DNA of 32,000 nt from Methylorubrum extorquens (lineage in GTDB: Bacteria > Pseudomonadota > Alphaproteobacteria > Rhizobiales > Beijerinckiaceae). Below are positions 30,905-32,000 of the stretch, piece after piece. The notes below the pieces were generated by a model, which saw only the letters and a program-made list of their open reading frames with translations, was not told the DNA's origin and did no database searches. The first letter of the stretch is position 1, and every line of letters starts with the position of its first letter. The translations under genes were made by a program, and so were the position numbers. The stretch covers positions 4,110,001 through 4,142,000 of the forward strand of contig LT962688.1 in NCBI GenBank assembly GCA_900234795.1, written 5' to 3'.

Positions 30905-31956
30905 TCAGGCCACGGCGCGCTCCGGGGCGCGGGCCGGGGCATGTTCCGGCGTCTGCGCCTCGATCGCGGCGGTGTCGTGCGCGAGCCAGAGAGTAACGGT
31001 GAGCGGATGCTCGATGCCGTCCTCGGGCGCGAGATCGCGGCTCTCGACATCGCCCAGGCCCGCCTGGACGAGCCAGCCCGTGATCTGCTCCGCGCCGAAA
31101 CCGAGGCGGCGATGGGCTTGGCTTTCGCGCAACTGCTCCAGGGTGTGGGGCGCGAAATCGACCACGAGCAACCGCCCGCCCGGCGCGACGAGGCGGGCCG
31201 CCTCGCGCAGTGCCCGAGCCGGGTCGTCGAGGTAGTGCAGCACCTGATGCAGCACCACGAGATCGAAGCCACCGCGGCCGAAGGGCGGCGCGTGGAGGTC
31301 GCCCTGGCGCAGATCGACTCGCGACAGGCCCATCCGCTCCAGATTGGCCCGGGCGACCGAGAGCATGGCATGGCTCGAATCGAGCCCGGTGGCGCGACCG
31401 GCCAGGGGGCGCCAGCAGGCCGAGCATCTTGCCTGTGCCGGTGCCGAGATCGATCACGTGGCGGATCGGCCGGTCTCCGAGCGCGTCGAGCACCGCCGCC
31501 TCGACGGCAGCCTCGGGCACGTGCAGGGAACGCAGGCCGTCCCATTTGGGGGCGAGCCGGGCGAAGAAGGTCTGCGCCGCCTCGGCCCGTTGGGTGCGCA
31601 CCGAATCGAGCCGGGCGCGATCCTCGGAGAGCGGGGGGCGCGGCGCGCTCCAGCGCCGCGATCAGCGGCTCGACGAAGCCGATGGCGGCCTCGCTCAGGC
31701 GGAAGAACGCCCAGGCCCCCTCGCGGTGGCGCTCGATCAGTCCTGATTCGACGAGGAGCTTGAGATGGCGCGAGATTCGCGGCTGCGACTGACCGAGGAT
31801 GTCGGTCAGGTCGGAGACCGACAACTCGCCCTCGGCCAGCAGCGCCAGGATGCGCAGGCGCGTTTCCTCCGCCGCCGCCCGCAGCACGGCAAGCGCCTCG
31901 GCGAAGGGCACCGGGACTGGGGTCGCGCTGTTCGTTGGGCCACTCTCGCTAGACAT
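30905..31956 (-). pseudogene. ArsR/SmtB-family HTH fused to a SAM-dependent methyltransferase, interrupted by two +1 frameshifts.
   Basis: Three consecutive frames carry one protein.
- Frame 1, from ATG 31956: MSSESGPT...AEETRLRILALLAEGELSVSDLTDILGQSQPRISRHLKLLVESGLIERHREGAWAFFRL...LIAALERAAP.
- Frame 2: ..LSEDRARLDSVRTQRAEAAQTFFARLAPKWDGLRSLHVPEAAVEAAVLDAL...VIDLGTGTGKMLGLLAP.
- Frame 3: LAGRATGLDSSHAMLSVARANLE...DLVVLHQVLHYLDDP...PGGRLLVVDF....
The junctions are at the G6 run 31633-31638 and the G5 run 31405-31409 (plus-strand coordinates). Confidence 0.8.
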
Positions 31957-31972
31957 AAAGATATCTTTATGT
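31953..31972. promoter_or_regulatory. Perfect 20-bp AT-rich palindrome over the ArsR-methyltransferase start codon, a candidate autoregulatory operator.
   Basis: ACATAAAGAT|ATCTTTATGT is a perfect 10+10 inverted repeat, 80% A+T in GC-rich surroundings. It contains the ATG (31956-31954) of the ArsR-family gene. Confidence 0.45.
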
Positions 31973-32000
31973 GCGTAACGAGCCGGTGGCAAGGGGTTTC

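Noticed and set aside
30806-30906. A possible SAM riboswitch in the metF leader. The leader contains the repeated words TGAGGCTC (30871-30878 and 30899-30906) and ACCGTGA (30866-30872 and 30881-30887).
   Set aside because: I cannot match the region to SAM-II or SAM-V pseudoknot consensus by eye. The repeats are short, and one overlaps the stop codon of the upstream gene. A cmscan would be needed before any claim.

Overview
This is a very GC-rich chromosomal segment, by eye about 70% GC. Gene content looks alphaproteobacterial and Rhizobiales/Methylobacterium-like, but that is inference from hand-read protein sequences, not a search.

The content is mostly housekeeping. In window order:
- pheS (partial), rplT and rpmI.
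- A roughly 4.7 kb insert-like block before infC, holding higBA, a GT4 glycosyltransferase and an amylo-alpha-1,6-glucosidase-like gene.
- A second GT4 gene, an alpha/beta hydrolase, and an hsp20 + DUF1150 heat-shock pair.
- A secreted protein followed by tolQ, tolR and tolA, then a metallophosphoesterase.
- Several small envelope proteins, then flaF and flaG.
- thiC behind a TPP riboswitch, a hemolysin-III family protein, and heme A synthase.
- A DUF2842 ORF, then a polysaccharide deacetylase divergent from a CelD-like GNAT.
- A small lipoprotein, metH, metF and an ArsR-methyltransferase fusion gene.

I found no rRNA, tRNA, CRISPR array, transposase or integrase. I also found no convincing novel multi-gene (for example defence) system.

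The observations most worth a second look:
1. Four +1 frameshifts, each at a G/C homopolymer run, in three otherwise conserved genes (tolQ, a GT4 gene, and twice in the ArsR-methyltransferase). A sequencing artefact is the most economical explanation.
2. A HigB toxin whose conserved N-terminus starts at ATA/ATC with no canonical start codon, directly behind an 8-5-8 palindrome that overlaps a TACAAT box.
3. A GGAAC-N17-CGTT (EcfG-type general-stress) promoter match upstream of a small Cys-containing secreted protein.
4. A ROSE-like 5' leader and shared promoter-like motifs around hsp20 and DUF1150.
5. A DUF2842 gene with no stop codon, reading in frame into a downstream secreted Arg-rich protein.
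6. A perfect 20-bp AT-rich palindrome over the ArsR-methyltransferase start codon.

Many long ORFs in the track are antisense shadow ORFs typical of high-GC DNA, and I rejected them.
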